NCBI GenBank assembly: GCA_050010755.1
Contig: JBEKKK010000003.1
Location: 1 to 64,000, forward strand
Source: Candidatus Bathyarchaeia archaeon
Lineage (GTDB): Archaea; Thermoproteota; Bathyarchaeia; Bathyarchaeales; Bathycorpusculaceae
Direction: 5' to 3'
Length of the DNA: 64,000 nt
How positions within the stretch are numbered: position 1 is the stretch's first letter; the number at the start of each line of letters is the position of its first letter. The position numbers were made by a program, and so were the translations under genes. The notes under the pieces were generated by a model. The model was not told the origin of the DNA. It worked only from the letters and a program-made list of their open reading frames with translations, and searched no databases. Of this stretch, positions 9,794 to 19,300 are shown piece after piece.

Positions 9794-11443
9794 TTATGCG
9801 GGAACCTGAATCTCTTGGCCGAACAGGGGTTTGCATTTCCCCTGCTTCTTGTCTAGACAAGCTTTTATGAAGCCGTAGTATTCAGGGTCGGGTCTGCCGG
9901 GTCGGCTCTTGAATTCGCCATGAAACTGCGAGGCAAAAAAGAAGAAATGATCAGGCAACTCTAGCAGCTCCATCCTCCTGCCATCCGTGCTTTTCCCGGA
10001 GAAAACCAAACCGTTTTTCCTAAGCGTTTCCGAATAGTCAAGGTTGACCTCGAACCTGTGGCGGTGGCGTTCATAAATCTCCTGGCTCTTGTACAGCCTG
10101 CTGCCCAGAGTTTCAGGCTCTATGATTATCTTGTGGGCCCCTAACCGCATGGTGGCTCCTTTGATTTCTATTCCCCGCTGTTCGGGCATCAGATCAATCA
10201 CTGGGTTGGGCGAGTCTGGGTTAATTTCGGTGCTGTTTGCATCCTTTAAGTTGCACACGTGTCGAGCGAATTCTATCACGGCGAGTTGAAAGCCGTAACA
10301 TATTCCCAGAAAAGGAGTGTCGCTCTCTCTTGCGAATTTTATGGCCATTATCTTTCCTTCCGTGCCCCGTGGGCCGAAGCCGTATGGTACAAAAATTCCG
10401 TCAAATCCGTCCAGGGTGTCTGCGCAGTTTGGGTTTTGTTCAAGTTTCTCGGCTTCAAGGTAGCTGACGCAGACTCGCGTGTTGCAAGCTGCCCCCGCGT
10501 GTCTGAGGGCTTCACCCATGCTCACGTAGCTGTCTGTCAATCCGGCGTACTTGCCGACCAACGCGATTTTCACTTCGTGTTCTGGTTTCAGAACGGCGTT
10601 AACGAATTTCTTCCATTCTTCGAAGTCTTTCTTGCCCTCTGAGAACCCTAGTCTCTTGCACACGAAGTCGCCCATACCTTGTTCGTCGAGGATAATCGGA
10701 ACCATGTAGACTGTTTCAACGTTGTAGGAACAGAAGACAGCGCTTTCAGGTATGGTTCCGAACAAGGCTATTTTCCTCAAGGCCTCAGCGTCTATCATCT
10801 GTGGACTTCTTGCCACGATAGTGTCCGGCTGTATACCGATGCGGCGCAATTCGTTGACGCTGTGTTGCAAGGGCTTCGTCTTCATCTCCTGAGTTACGTC
10901 CAGGATGGGCACTAGAGCCACGTGCACGTACAGCGTGTTCTCCATTCCCTCTTCCAACCGCATCTGGCGAATCGCTTCGAGGAAGGGCAGGCCTTCAATG
11001 TCTCCAACTGTGCCCCCAACCTCCGTTAACACCACGTCAGCACCCGAATCTTTCGCAACAGTGCGTATACGATGCTTAATCTCATTGGTCACATGCGGAA
11101 TAATCTGCACGCATCTGCCAAGAAAATCACCACGCCTCTCCTTCTCGATGACAGCCTTATACACCAAACCCGTGGTAATGTTGTTCTCCTTCCGCAGATC
11201 CAAATCGAGAAAACGCTCGTACCAGCCCAAGTCCAGATCTGTTTCGCCACCATCATCAGTGACGTACACTTCCCCGTGCATGTAAGGATTCATAGTTCCA
11301 GCATCGACGTTCACGTAAGGATCAATCTTAACAACCGAGACCTTCAGGCCCTTCACCTGAAGCATCTTTCCAATCGAAGAAGTCAATATCCCCTTGCCAA
11401 CCGAGCTCAGAACCCCGCCGGTAACAAAAACGTACTTAACCAC
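9794..11443 (-). CDS. pyrG: CTP synthase
   Basis: KYVFVTGGVLSSVGKG, KIDPYVNVDAGTM, KTKPLQ, GICYG, RHRHRFE, QFHGE; GTG start. Confidence 0.97.
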   Translation of the reverse strand: MVKYVFVTGGVLSSVGKGILTSSIGKMLQVKGLKVSVVKIDPYVNVDAGTMNPYMHGEVYVTDDGGETDLDLGWYERFLDLDLRKENNITTGLVYKAVIEKERRGDFLGRCVQIIPHVTNEIKHRIRTVAKDSGADVVLTEVGGTVGDIEGLPFLEAIRQMRLEEGMENTLYVHVALVPILDVTQEMKTKPLQHSVNELRRIGIQPDTIVARSPQMIDAEALRKIALFGTIPESAVFCSYNVETVYMVPIILDEQGMGDFVCKRLGFSEGKKDFEEWKKFVNAVLKPEHEVKIALVGKYAGLTDSYVSMGEALRHAGAACNTRVCVSYLEAEKLEQNPNCADTLDGFDGIFVPYGFGPRGTEGKIMAIKFARESDTPFLGICYGFQLAVIEFARHVCNLKDANSTEINPDSPNPVIDLMPEQRGIEIKGATMRLGAHKIIIEPETLGSRLYKSQEIYERHRHRFEVNLDYSETLRKNGLVFSGKSTDGRRMELLELPDHFFFFASQFHGEFKSRPGRPDPEYYGFIKACLDKKQGKCKPLFGQEIQVPA

Positions 11444-11620
11444 GCAGCTCCCCTTGCAATAACAGAACCATAAAGCCGCCGTCAGCATTTAAATTCTTTT
11501 GCATATCTCAACCAGCAGGTTCGGCCCAGGGGCACTCATGATATGATAGTCATCAATTCTCTTCACACTCAACTTTTCGTCTTTTCGATGTCCTTCAACG
11601 GAAAGGCTTAGCGTGCCACT

Positions 11621-12043
11621 TTAGGCTTCTGCTTGAGCCAAAAGATCTTCCAGCTGATTCTTGTTTAGTTTTAAACCGTGAAAATATCTTCCTCTAAGTT
11701 TCGAGCCTTTCAGAAACGTCTCCTTGACCGCTAACGGCTTATCGAATTGTCTCACGTACTGGAATTCCAGCGCCCTTTTCCAGCCGCCTCTCTCGCATGC
11801 GTCCTTGTCCTGTTCAGAAAGGTCATCTTTCTCCCTAGCCCTCTCTATCAACCCGTAACCCACGAGAGCGTCGCCCAAACCGGTCTTGTGCACAAAGAGT
11901 ATAGTCTGCCCTCGCTTCCACTTTCTGCGCAAGTTCGTAAAGTATATCGCCGTGCCAAAAACCTGATTGACCCATTGCCTTGTAGCAATTCTCAGAATGA
12001 AACCTTCAACCTCAGACATGGAGCTCTTCAGTCGAATAGCCAA
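11621..12043 (-). CDS. Hypothetical protein, possibly EVE/PUA-like
   Basis: GQTILFVH..LVGYGLI..EFQYVRQFDKPL pattern; start uncertain. Confidence 0.6.
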   Translation of the reverse strand: MAIRLKSSMSEVEGFILRIATRQWVNQVFGTAIYFTNLRRKWKRGQTILFVHKTGLGDALVGYGLIERAREKDDLSEQDKDACERGGWKRALEFQYVRQFDKPLAVKETFLKGSKLRGRYFHGLKLNKNQLEDLLAQAEA

Positions 12044-12180
12044 GTTTTCCTATAAAAGCTCTTGCAGCTTAGCTGGTCAAGACTATCCTCTCTTTCCCTT
12101 ACGACCATCGCTCGTGCGCTGTGAAATTCCTGACCCGACAAGCTAAGGACATGCTAGAAGCTGCAGGGTCCATAGAAGGA

Positions 12181-12264
12181 TTACTTTTTTCTTACGTAAC
12201 CCTTAACGTGCACTATCTTGTGTTTTCCGCCAGGTTTACTTCGTGTGTATCCATGTACTTTCAT
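12181..12264 (-). CDS. 27-aa basic microprotein MKVHGYTRSKPGGKHKIVHVKGYVRKK
   Basis: Hand-translated ATG..TAA; twice-repeated VxGYxR motif. Confidence 0.6.
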   Translation of the reverse strand: MKVHGYTRSKPGGKHKIVHVKGYVRKK

Positions 12265-12393
12265 TTTCTCACAAAGGCTGTATCATTAAGTTCATAATAG
12301 AAAAGACTTATGAATTCACAATTCATAGTTCGACTCTCTGGCTATTCAACTGCAAGCCTGCGCAAACGAAAAAAGAAAGCAATTTGCTAAAAT

Positions 12394-13425
12394 CTAGGGT
12401 ATTATTCCTATCTTTATTTCTTTCTTAGAGGTTGAGAGCACATCGAAGGCCTCGCGAATGTGTTCCAAACCGAGTTCACGTGTTATCAGGGGCCTAGCGT
12501 CAATGGTTCGCGAGCTTATGAGGTCGAGTGCCCTCCTGAAATGCATTGGGGTAGTGTGAAAGGCACCCAAGATCGTCAACTCGCCGTAATGAACCTGTTC
12601 AGCGTTAACCTTGATTTCCGTTCCTGGAGGGCATCCCCCGAATTCCAGGACGACACCGCCCTTCCGCGCCAACTTAAGAGCCTGTTCCCAAGTGGCAGGC
12701 AGCCCTATCGCCTCAATGACCACGTCCGCGCCGTAACCGCCGGTTAAGCTTCGCACCCTTTCGACGACATCCTCCCTTTCACCGTTAACCGTCTCGTCCG
12801 CACCGAGCTTCGCCGCAGCCTCCAACCGCTCATCCACGAGGTCAATCATTATCACCTTTTGAGCGCCCAATTTTTTAACGGTCAGCAGGTGCAGCAACCC
12901 GATAGGCCCCGCTCCTATTATGGCAACCTTGTCACCAAGCTTCACCCCAGCCGCTTCAACTCCGTGCAAAACACACGCCAACGGCTCCGTCACCGCAGCC
13001 TCCAAATAAGAAACGTCCTGAGGAATCTCCTGCATGTTCACCAACACCATCCGAGCCGGAACCTTAACGTACTCGGCGTACGCCCCCCACAGCCAAATCA
13101 TGTTCTCACACAGATTGAACTTGCCCCGCTGACACATCGCACAGTGCAAACAGGGCGCACTGTTACCTGCACGCACACGCATACCCTTCCGCGGCCATTC
13201 AAGGCCCTCCCCCACTTCGGCAACTTCCCCCGCCCACTCATGCCCAAAAATCGTCGGAAGCTTTATGATCTTCTCAACGTAACCCCTCTGAAAAATCTTC
13301 AGATCCGTCCCACACGTAGTGGCCCCCTTAATCTTAACCAGAACTTCACCAGCACCAACCCCGGGAACCTCAACATCCTCAACCCTCAGATCCTTCACAC
13401 CATATAGCAACGCAGCCCTCATCAC
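12394..13425 (-). CDS. Zn-dependent alcohol/polyol dehydrogenase (MDR family)
   Basis: CGTD, GHEWAG, CxxCxxCx7C, GAGPIG. Confidence 0.93.
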   Translation of the reverse strand: MMRAALLYGVKDLRVEDVEVPGVGAGEVLVKIKGATTCGTDLKIFQRGYVEKIIKLPTIFGHEWAGEVAEVGEGLEWPRKGMRVRAGNSAPCLHCAMCQRGKFNLCENMIWLWGAYAEYVKVPARMVLVNMQEIPQDVSYLEAAVTEPLACVLHGVEAAGVKLGDKVAIIGAGPIGLLHLLTVKKLGAQKVIMIDLVDERLEAAAKLGADETVNGEREDVVERVRSLTGGYGADVVIEAIGLPATWEQALKLARKGGVVLEFGGCPPGTEIKVNAEQVHYGELTILGAFHTTPMHFRRALDLISSRTIDARPLITRELGLEHIREAFDVLSTSKKEIKIGIIP

Positions 13426-13948
13426 ACTTCACGCAGTTGAAACTGTAAGCGCACGTATAAGGAGATTTCCCTCCAGCACAGGCCTCCAACAAATCTAACG
13501 TCACTCAAAAAAACCGGCGAATATTCATGCCTAATAAGGTGCAAGTCCCTGCAGCGTTAGCGCGCTTTGAACAGTGATAGGATTCAGTTAGCGCGCTCTT
13601 CCTTATTTCGGGATTAATCTTCCGCTTTGTATTGGGGACTTCTTACGCGCGCGTAATGTCAGTTGAGACTGAAATAGCATCAAGAAGTCTCTAAAGGCGA
13701 AGAAACTGCTTGCATACGTCCTCGTTTCTTTTCTTTCTCGAGAAGAGGGCGAAAATTGGGAGAAATATTAATGCAATTTCTTGTATTCCTATAGAAAAAC
13801 CATCCAATGCTCTTTCTACAAGTGGTTTTGTTTACTCCTCTTTATTCAAAGATGCAGTTGCAAGTTGCTTGGCTTTACATTTTTTCAGGTAATCACTCTT
13901 AAATCTGCGCAGCTGAGTAGGGTAAAATCCCTTGTGCTGGAGCATGAG

Positions 13949-15631
13949 ATGGAAATATGCCTGCTAATCATAGTTCGCGCGAACAGTAACAAAGTGAGGC
14001 AGATAAAGAAATTGCAAGTGACTGAAAATACCAATGGTATTAAGAAGTTTGATTGCTTAGGGGCAGAGAGTTTTCTTGCGCTTCCTCCACCTTCCGTTCA
14101 AATGTACTATAAGTGGGCAGAAACGCTTTTTGAGTTGCATCGTTTGCAGGAAGCTTCGAACGCGTACACTGAATGCTTGAAGCTTGATCCTTCAAATTTG
14201 AACGCAATGTATAAACGAGGATTAACAAGGGGCCTTTTGAAAAACGTGGAAGGTTCTCTTGATGACTTAAGCTCGGTTCTGCTGCAGCGTTTTGTTAGAA
14301 AAGTTCAACTCGCCAAGCAGACCATTTCAGAATCTACAAATCGAGACACAAAAGTAACGGAGTTTCAGCAAGTTGTCCCTGACTGTTCCGAGTTCTTTAA
14401 GTCAATGGCCGAGTTTGAGGACCTTGGAAAAGGTCTTCAGCAAACTCTTGATGATCTGTTCAAAGAACCCGATTGCAGAAATTCGCAAAAAGAATTCTCA
14501 ACAGTCGGAGAAGGAGCACTCGGTACAGATGAAACTGTGAAAAGAGAGAAATCGACGTTGAAAGAAGAGTGGGACTTGGCTTTAAGGAATTCGGAGGTAC
14601 ATTTGGAAGAGATTGGAAAGCTCCTAGATGACGTTGTTGTGTCTAAAAAGTCTGAGAATGTTCGTGAACTTCAGAATTCCAAAAAGAATGAAGCGATTGG
14701 ATTGGAAATCAACCTTTCTAGTGTTCAGGGGCTTGAAAAGGCAAAGGAAAGGTTATGGAACAATGCGGTGCTTCCCCTGAAAAGGCCTGATTTATTCCTC
14801 AAATTCAAAAAGAAGCGTGGCTTCACAATTTTACTGTATGGTCCTCCTGGTTGCGGAAAAACATTGTTGGTTAGGGCTCTGACTGGCGAAACAGGCTCAC
14901 ATCTTGTTTTAGCAAAACTTCACGAGCTCATGGATCCCTACGTCGGACAAACTGAAAGGAACATCCATTACGTTTTTGAAAATGCCCGGGAACTGTTAAA
15001 GAAAGGTTGCGAATCCTGTATCGTTTTTCTCGACGAACTCGATGCTATTGGGGTAAACAGGGGTTTGGTCAGTCGCGAAAGCACCGGTTCTCACCGGGAC
15101 GCCGTAAATCAATTGCTAATGGAGCTAGATGGCGTCGAGAAAAACCCTGAAGGCTTGTTTGTAATCGGGGCTTCGAATAGGCCATGGGATGTTGATGCAG
15201 CGTTAAAGCGCAGTGGCAGATTTGGCGAGTGCATTTACATTCCTCCCCCTTCATATGAGGCTAGAAAGCAACTTTTCAAGTATTACGCTGGAAATTGCAA
15301 AGGGGGAAAATTGGACTTTGACAGTCTAGCCAAAGCTACTGAGGGGTGTTCTGCCGCGGACATAGAGACCATCGTTGAGGAAGCTAAGATGCGTCCGATA
15401 CTCAGAGAGCATCAGACCGGCGTTGAAAGTTTGTTGTATACTGAAGATTTTGAGGAAGTTTTGGCTGATCCAGTGTTTGAAAAAGGAACATTGAAGGACT
15501 GGTACCTATCGGTCGCGAATGAGCTGTCTCACAAGTCGCTCGATGAGATTCGCTACAAACCCATGGTCGATGAAATAAAAAGGGCCCTTCAGAAGAGCAA
15601 GTCAGCCCTTGCAATAACCCCTTGTGCTTAA
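13949..15631 (+). CDS. AAA+ ATPase (CDC48/Vps4-like clade) with N-terminal TPR motif
   Basis: TPR EASNAYTECLKLDPSNLNAMYKRG; Walker A GPPGCGKT, Walker B VFLDELD, SRH ASNRPWDVDAALKRSGRF; start uncertain (13781/13949/14102). Confidence 0.88.
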   Translation: MEICLLIIVRANSNKVRQIKKLQVTENTNGIKKFDCLGAESFLALPPPSVQMYYKWAETLFELHRLQEASNAYTECLKLDPSNLNAMYKRGLTRGLLKNVEGSLDDLSSVLLQRFVRKVQLAKQTISESTNRDTKVTEFQQVVPDCSEFFKSMAEFEDLGKGLQQTLDDLFKEPDCRNSQKEFSTVGEGALGTDETVKREKSTLKEEWDLALRNSEVHLEEIGKLLDDVVVSKKSENVRELQNSKKNEAIGLEINLSSVQGLEKAKERLWNNAVLPLKRPDLFLKFKKKRGFTILLYGPPGCGKTLLVRALTGETGSHLVLAKLHELMDPYVGQTERNIHYVFENARELLKKGCESCIVFLDELDAIGVNRGLVSRESTGSHRDAVNQLLMELDGVEKNPEGLFVIGASNRPWDVDAALKRSGRFGECIYIPPPSYEARKQLFKYYAGNCKGGKLDFDSLAKATEGCSAADIETIVEEAKMRPILREHQTGVESLLYTEDFEEVLADPVFEKGTLKDWYLSVANELSHKSLDEIRYKPMVDEIKRALQKSKSALAITPCA

Positions 15632-15769
15632 TTGTGCCAAACATCCAGCGCGCGCTAGTGCAATGCAAGGAGCAACGTAGAAATGATGACTTTTCCCCGA
15701 CAACTTGGTTTCAGCGGTCAACTTTGTCTCGGCAATCACTGCTTTCACAAGGTTGCGCTGAGCTTCTTG

Positions 15770-15970
15770 CTATCTCAGATACTCAACCATGCGCTTGTGA
15801 TATAGCTTGCATTCTTTGACGATTTTTTTCCAGTATGGCGGGTAAGTCATACCCATCCCTGCCAGCAACATGAGTTGCGTGGCCTGATCCTGCCTTGTTT
15901 CGCTGTATTCTGAGCATCCTGTGCATTGATCGGGGAACTCATTGAAGCACGCACGTTGTACTTCCAACAT
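15770..15970 (-). CDS. Small Cys-containing hypothetical protein
   Basis: 66 aa from an ATG preceded by GGGGA. Confidence 0.45.
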   Translation of the reverse strand: MLEVQRACFNEFPDQCTGCSEYSETRQDQATQLMLLAGMGMTYPPYWKKIVKECKLYHKRMVEYLR

Positions 15971-16461
15971 TATTCCCCCAGAGCACCCGCTCGGGATATC
16001 TTCTTCATTAGATAACAAAGGGGCCAAACGAAGATAAAGATGTATGGAGCTATCCTCTATCCTCGTAGCGCGCACGCTCAGCTTTATCCAAAATCTCATT
16101 CAGTTTCTCAGGGTTCTCATGTCCTTAGCGCGAGCCATGCCTAAACCGGCGTCGATCTCTATGTATTCATATCTAATTAGGTGCAAGTCCACAATATTAG
16201 ACAACAAAAAGCGACCACAAAAAGAGAATGGACCATTTTCAACCACTACTCTCGGAAACGCGCACCCGCCAACATCGCGGTTTCCAAAGCGACATCAAAA
16301 TGCAACATTAATTAACCTCACAAACAAGCGGAAAAAGTCCGCAGTGAGGCACAGTCAAGCCTGTTTTCAACATTGTTTGTCACAAAACAACATTAAAGTC
16401 GATAAATCTCGGAATTCTATTTTTATCAATTAATCAGTTGATTAAAAAAGAGGGGGGTTAA

Positions 16462-16490
16462 AGGCTTTACTATCAACCGTAGTAAAGCCT
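16462..16490. repeat. Perfect 11-7-11 inverted repeat (recombination-site-like or terminator hairpin)
   Basis: AGGCTTTACTA-TCAACCG-TAGTAAAGCCT. Confidence 0.8.
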
Positions 16491-16517
16491 ATCAAAAGTC
16501 GTTTGGTGTATCATCAC

Positions 16518-17021
16518 CTAGAGCATATGGTATATTTTTAACAGTCTCAATGTCTGAAGCACTTCGCTATCATAACTTGGCTCTACTTCAATAAGCCCAA
16601 TCAACTCTTTGAGAATTGTTGGAAACTCCTTCACTTCATCAACTCCCATCTCTTTAGCTTTCTGAATAAACTCCGACTTGCTAGCTTCCTTCGAACCTAG
16701 TTGTGATACTACCAAAATCTTTTTGAATTTTTGTGTGCCCAGAACTTGAGAAGCTTTCTCCAATGCTAACGGACTGACGAAACTGAACATCCCTTCCCCA
16801 TCTTCTATATAAGATAGCGTAATTCTTTCTGTGTGCCAACCACTTACACCAACGATGGCTTTGTCACCATTTGGATGCATTAGAATAAGGTCAATGTCTC
16901 CATATCCACTAGATTTCTTACCTGTTTGATTTTTCGGTTTCAGATAGAGAACATCGGTTTGCACGAAATACCCCTTCAGCTCAAAATATTGTCGAACAAT
17001 TTCCTCATTCACATCAGTCAA
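16518..17021 (-). CDS. PD-(D/E)XK restriction-endonuclease-fold protein (possibly degenerate)
   Basis: E.IVRQYFELKGYFV, GDIDLIL; GVS at the position of the ExK motif. Confidence 0.65.
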   Translation of the reverse strand: MTDVNEEIVRQYFELKGYFVQTDVLYLKPKNQTGKKSSGYGDIDLILMHPNGDKAIVGVSGWHTERITLSYIEDGEGMFSFVSPLALEKASQVLGTQKFKKILVVSQLGSKEASKSEFIQKAKEMGVDEVKEFPTILKELIGLIEVEPSYDSEVLQTLRLLKIYHML

Positions 17022-17132
17022 CGCAACCGCCCATTTCCAAGTGGTTTTCGATTCAAAAAAGCTTTTCTCATATGGATTCTGTCAAGTCTTTTGAGAAAAA
17101 AGAGGGGTCGAAAGTGCAGAACAGAAGAGGGT

Positions 17133-17546
17133 TTATGATTGTGGTGGTTGAATCTCATAAGCTGTCAAAGATGTTATGTTAGCTGTAAATTGAAAGTTAG
17201 AATCATAGAGTTCACCGTTGCGGTTGTTATAAACTGTTCCATTGGCTAGACAAGTAAATTCATAAGCTCCATTAGTGGGTTTAGTGTTACCTAAGTCATA
17301 TGAACGTATTGTACCATTAGACCATTGTAGAGTTAGTGTAACATTCCAAAATGGAGTATCATAGCTTCCGTATGTAAGTCTCATGTAGTTGATTGAATCA
17401 TAGGGTAGTTGTACCTTCTTCCATGTAATATTAGAAGACTGCCCTACTATCGCATTAGTGCCATTAGACTTGAAGGTTAAGACTAAGCTGAATACAGAGA
17501 GAACTAGAGACACTACCACTAAGACTGTTAAGAGTTTTTCATTCAT
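17133..17546 (-). CDS. Secreted/membrane-anchored hypothetical protein
   Basis: N-terminal TM helix; N/T/S-rich with several NxS/T sequons. Confidence 0.7.
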   Translation of the reverse strand: MNEKLLTVLVVVSLVLSVFSLVLTFKSNGTNAIVGQSSNITWKKVQLPYDSINYMRLTYGSYDTPFWNVTLTLQWSNGTIRSYDLGNTKPTNGAYEFTCLANGTVYNNRNGELYDSNFQFTANITSLTAYEIQPPQS

Positions 17547-17547
17547 T

Positions 17548-17865
17548 TCAAATCGCACCTTCATAAGTTACTCGCCATTTTAGACCGTATTTTCTTTGAA
17601 AATAGTGATTTTTATTACAAACTCCACAAGCAACTTCTAAATCTTCTGTACTCCTTTCTCCACTTAGGATTCTCCTGTAAAAAGGAGAGCCGCTTACAGG
17701 TTTTCCTGATATTTTTTCCTGTTTTTTTGCAGTAGGGTCTTTATGATTTATTTCTAACGCTCTTGGAAAATCGCAACCGCAATAGACACATTTCGGTTGA
17801 CCTGATTTTGAAATCTTCTGTAAAGCATTCCAACGCATTCTCCAATTACTCGACCTATCTGTCAT
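17548..17865 (-). CDS. HNH-like endonuclease / Zn-finger
   Basis: CVYCG..LEINH..LEVACGVCN..H. Confidence 0.7.
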   Translation of the reverse strand: MTDRSSNWRMRWNALQKISKSGQPKCVYCGCDFPRALEINHKDPTAKKQEKISGKPVSGSPFYRRILSGERSTEDLEVACGVCNKNHYFQRKYGLKWRVTYEGAI

Positions 17866-17952
17866 ATAAATGGACACCTTTCTTTGTATTTTATTAGTTG
17901 AGGCGAAGGAATTAGATTTTATGGTCACAAATCTCCCACGTTGCAAAACACG

Positions 17953-18431
17953 GAAATCTTAAATCTGCACAGCAACAGAAGACAAACTAGAGGTTTAAGA
18001 ATGAGTGAAAGATTGAGAAGCGAGCCTATAGAATTGAAAATGGAAGTCGAGACCCACGATGATACGCTTGGTTTCAAACTATTTGAATCACCAGATAGAG
18101 TTTCTTATGGTCAAATAAAGATAATTTGTGATGAAGTTTCTATACGAGCAGAAGGGGGAAGAAACTTTGAAGCACTTGATTTCCCTTCCATCCTTTACGT
18201 AACGGCTTTTTTTGGGAAAAATGTTGTTTTACCCATTGCGGTCAGTCTCTTCTCAAGCTATCTATATGACAAACTTAAAGAGAGAAAAGATAACAAATTG
18301 AGAATCAATGGCACTCAAGTAGAGATAAATGCAGAGAAAATTGAGCAACTAATACTTATCATTTTGAAACAAGAAAAGGAGAAAGAAGAGAAGTCTTAAA
18401 TCCGCACAGCAACATAAGACAAACCAGAGGT
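17953..18431 (+). promoter_or_regulatory. Duplicated 42-bp promoter/RBS module (17953-17994 and 18390-18431)
   Basis: GAA.TCTTAAATC.GCACAGCAACA.AAGACAAAC.AGAGGT, 38/42 identical; BRE/TATA-like plus GAGGT, each directly before an ORF. Confidence 0.75.
18001..18399 (+). CDS. Hypothetical protein
   Basis: 132 aa from an ATG after GAGGT. Confidence 0.7.
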   Translation: MSERLRSEPIELKMEVETHDDTLGFKLFESPDRVSYGQIKIICDEVSIRAEGGRNFEALDFPSILYVTAFFGKNVVLPIAVSLFSSYLYDKLKERKDNKLRINGTQVEINAEKIEQLILIILKQEKEKEEKS

Positions 18432-18639
18432 GATAACAATCACGACTTACTCGAAGAAAGAACAATTCGAAGCTTTTAAGCAATATATGGTCTTAGCCAA
18501 TGAATTCGAAAAATTATGGATTGAAGCAAGCAAAAACGCATTTGACAATTTAAGACCTCTCGAAGATTGGAGAGACAAAAACTGGAAAGAAATGGAACGA
18601 CTCAGAAAAGTAGCCTTTAGTGACAGCCCAAGCAAATAA
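18430..18639 (+). CDS. Hypothetical protein
   Basis: 69-aa ORF following the second promoter copy. Confidence 0.6.
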   Translation: MITITTYSKKEQFEAFKQYMVLANEFEKLWIEASKNAFDNLRPLEDWRDKNWKEMERLRKVAFSDSPSK

Positions 18640-19010
18640 CAACTTTTGTTAAGCCCACTTGCCTAAGATTCCCATGATGGACCCAGACTATACACCTAGG
18701 GACCGTATAACATCAATTTGGGCTTGGTCTGGCGATAGCGGGGGAGTGTTTGCCGCTTTGGGTGAATGGAGCATGGTTCTTTGTCGTCTGGTTTCGAACC
18801 CTATGAACGATTAAACCCTGTTACAGTCATTTTATCCATGCTTTTTTATAGGTGAATAGTTCGTTTAATGTCGTGATAACACTAACTCAAAAGATGAGAC
18901 GAGATACATACGGGACTTTTTGTCCGAGTTATTTTTAACATCCACAAAATCGACCTATTCAAGAACGCTTAGACTCCATGTGTATTTCCTATGTGGTCCC
19001 TCTCTGTGCG

Positions 19011-19296
19011 TAGTCTCTCTCTGTGCTGTTCGCGTACTACCACCCTAAGGGACCTAGTAGATTAGATGAGTAGATGAGTGTAGAGGTGTAGTGTAGTGTA
19101 GTGTTGAGTTGATTAGTATTAGACTACTCTATCTATAACTCTCTCTAACTTTCTACTTCTATCTCTCTCTTCCCCTCTCTGTGCGTACTGTGCGTATGTG
19201 TGGAACCGCATTGAAGGTTTGAGCGGTTGAAGTTTGGTTGGCTGTCTGGGTTTGTGGTAAGTGGTAGAGCACGAACAGCGTACAGAGAGAGAGCTA
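19011..19296. repeat. Imperfect ~35-bp inverted repeat enclosing skewed low-complexity DNA (candidate origin or structured RNA)
   Basis: 19011-19043 vs 19261-19296; C-free run 19055-19123 and G-free run 19123-19180. Confidence 0.7.
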
Positions 19297-19300
19297 GTGT

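Larger units (their letters stand above)
13522..16190. mobile_element. Putative inserted module flanked by 27-bp imperfect direct repeats
   Basis: TATTCATGCCTAATAAGGTGCAAGTCC (13522-13548) vs TATTCATATCTAATTAGGTGCAAGTCC (16164-16190), 24/27 identical. Confidence 0.55.

Noticed and set aside
13556-13597. GTTAGCG as an integron attC core
   Set aside because: No matching inverse core or L boxes forming an attC hairpin were found, and the integrase lacks a recognisable IntI insertion
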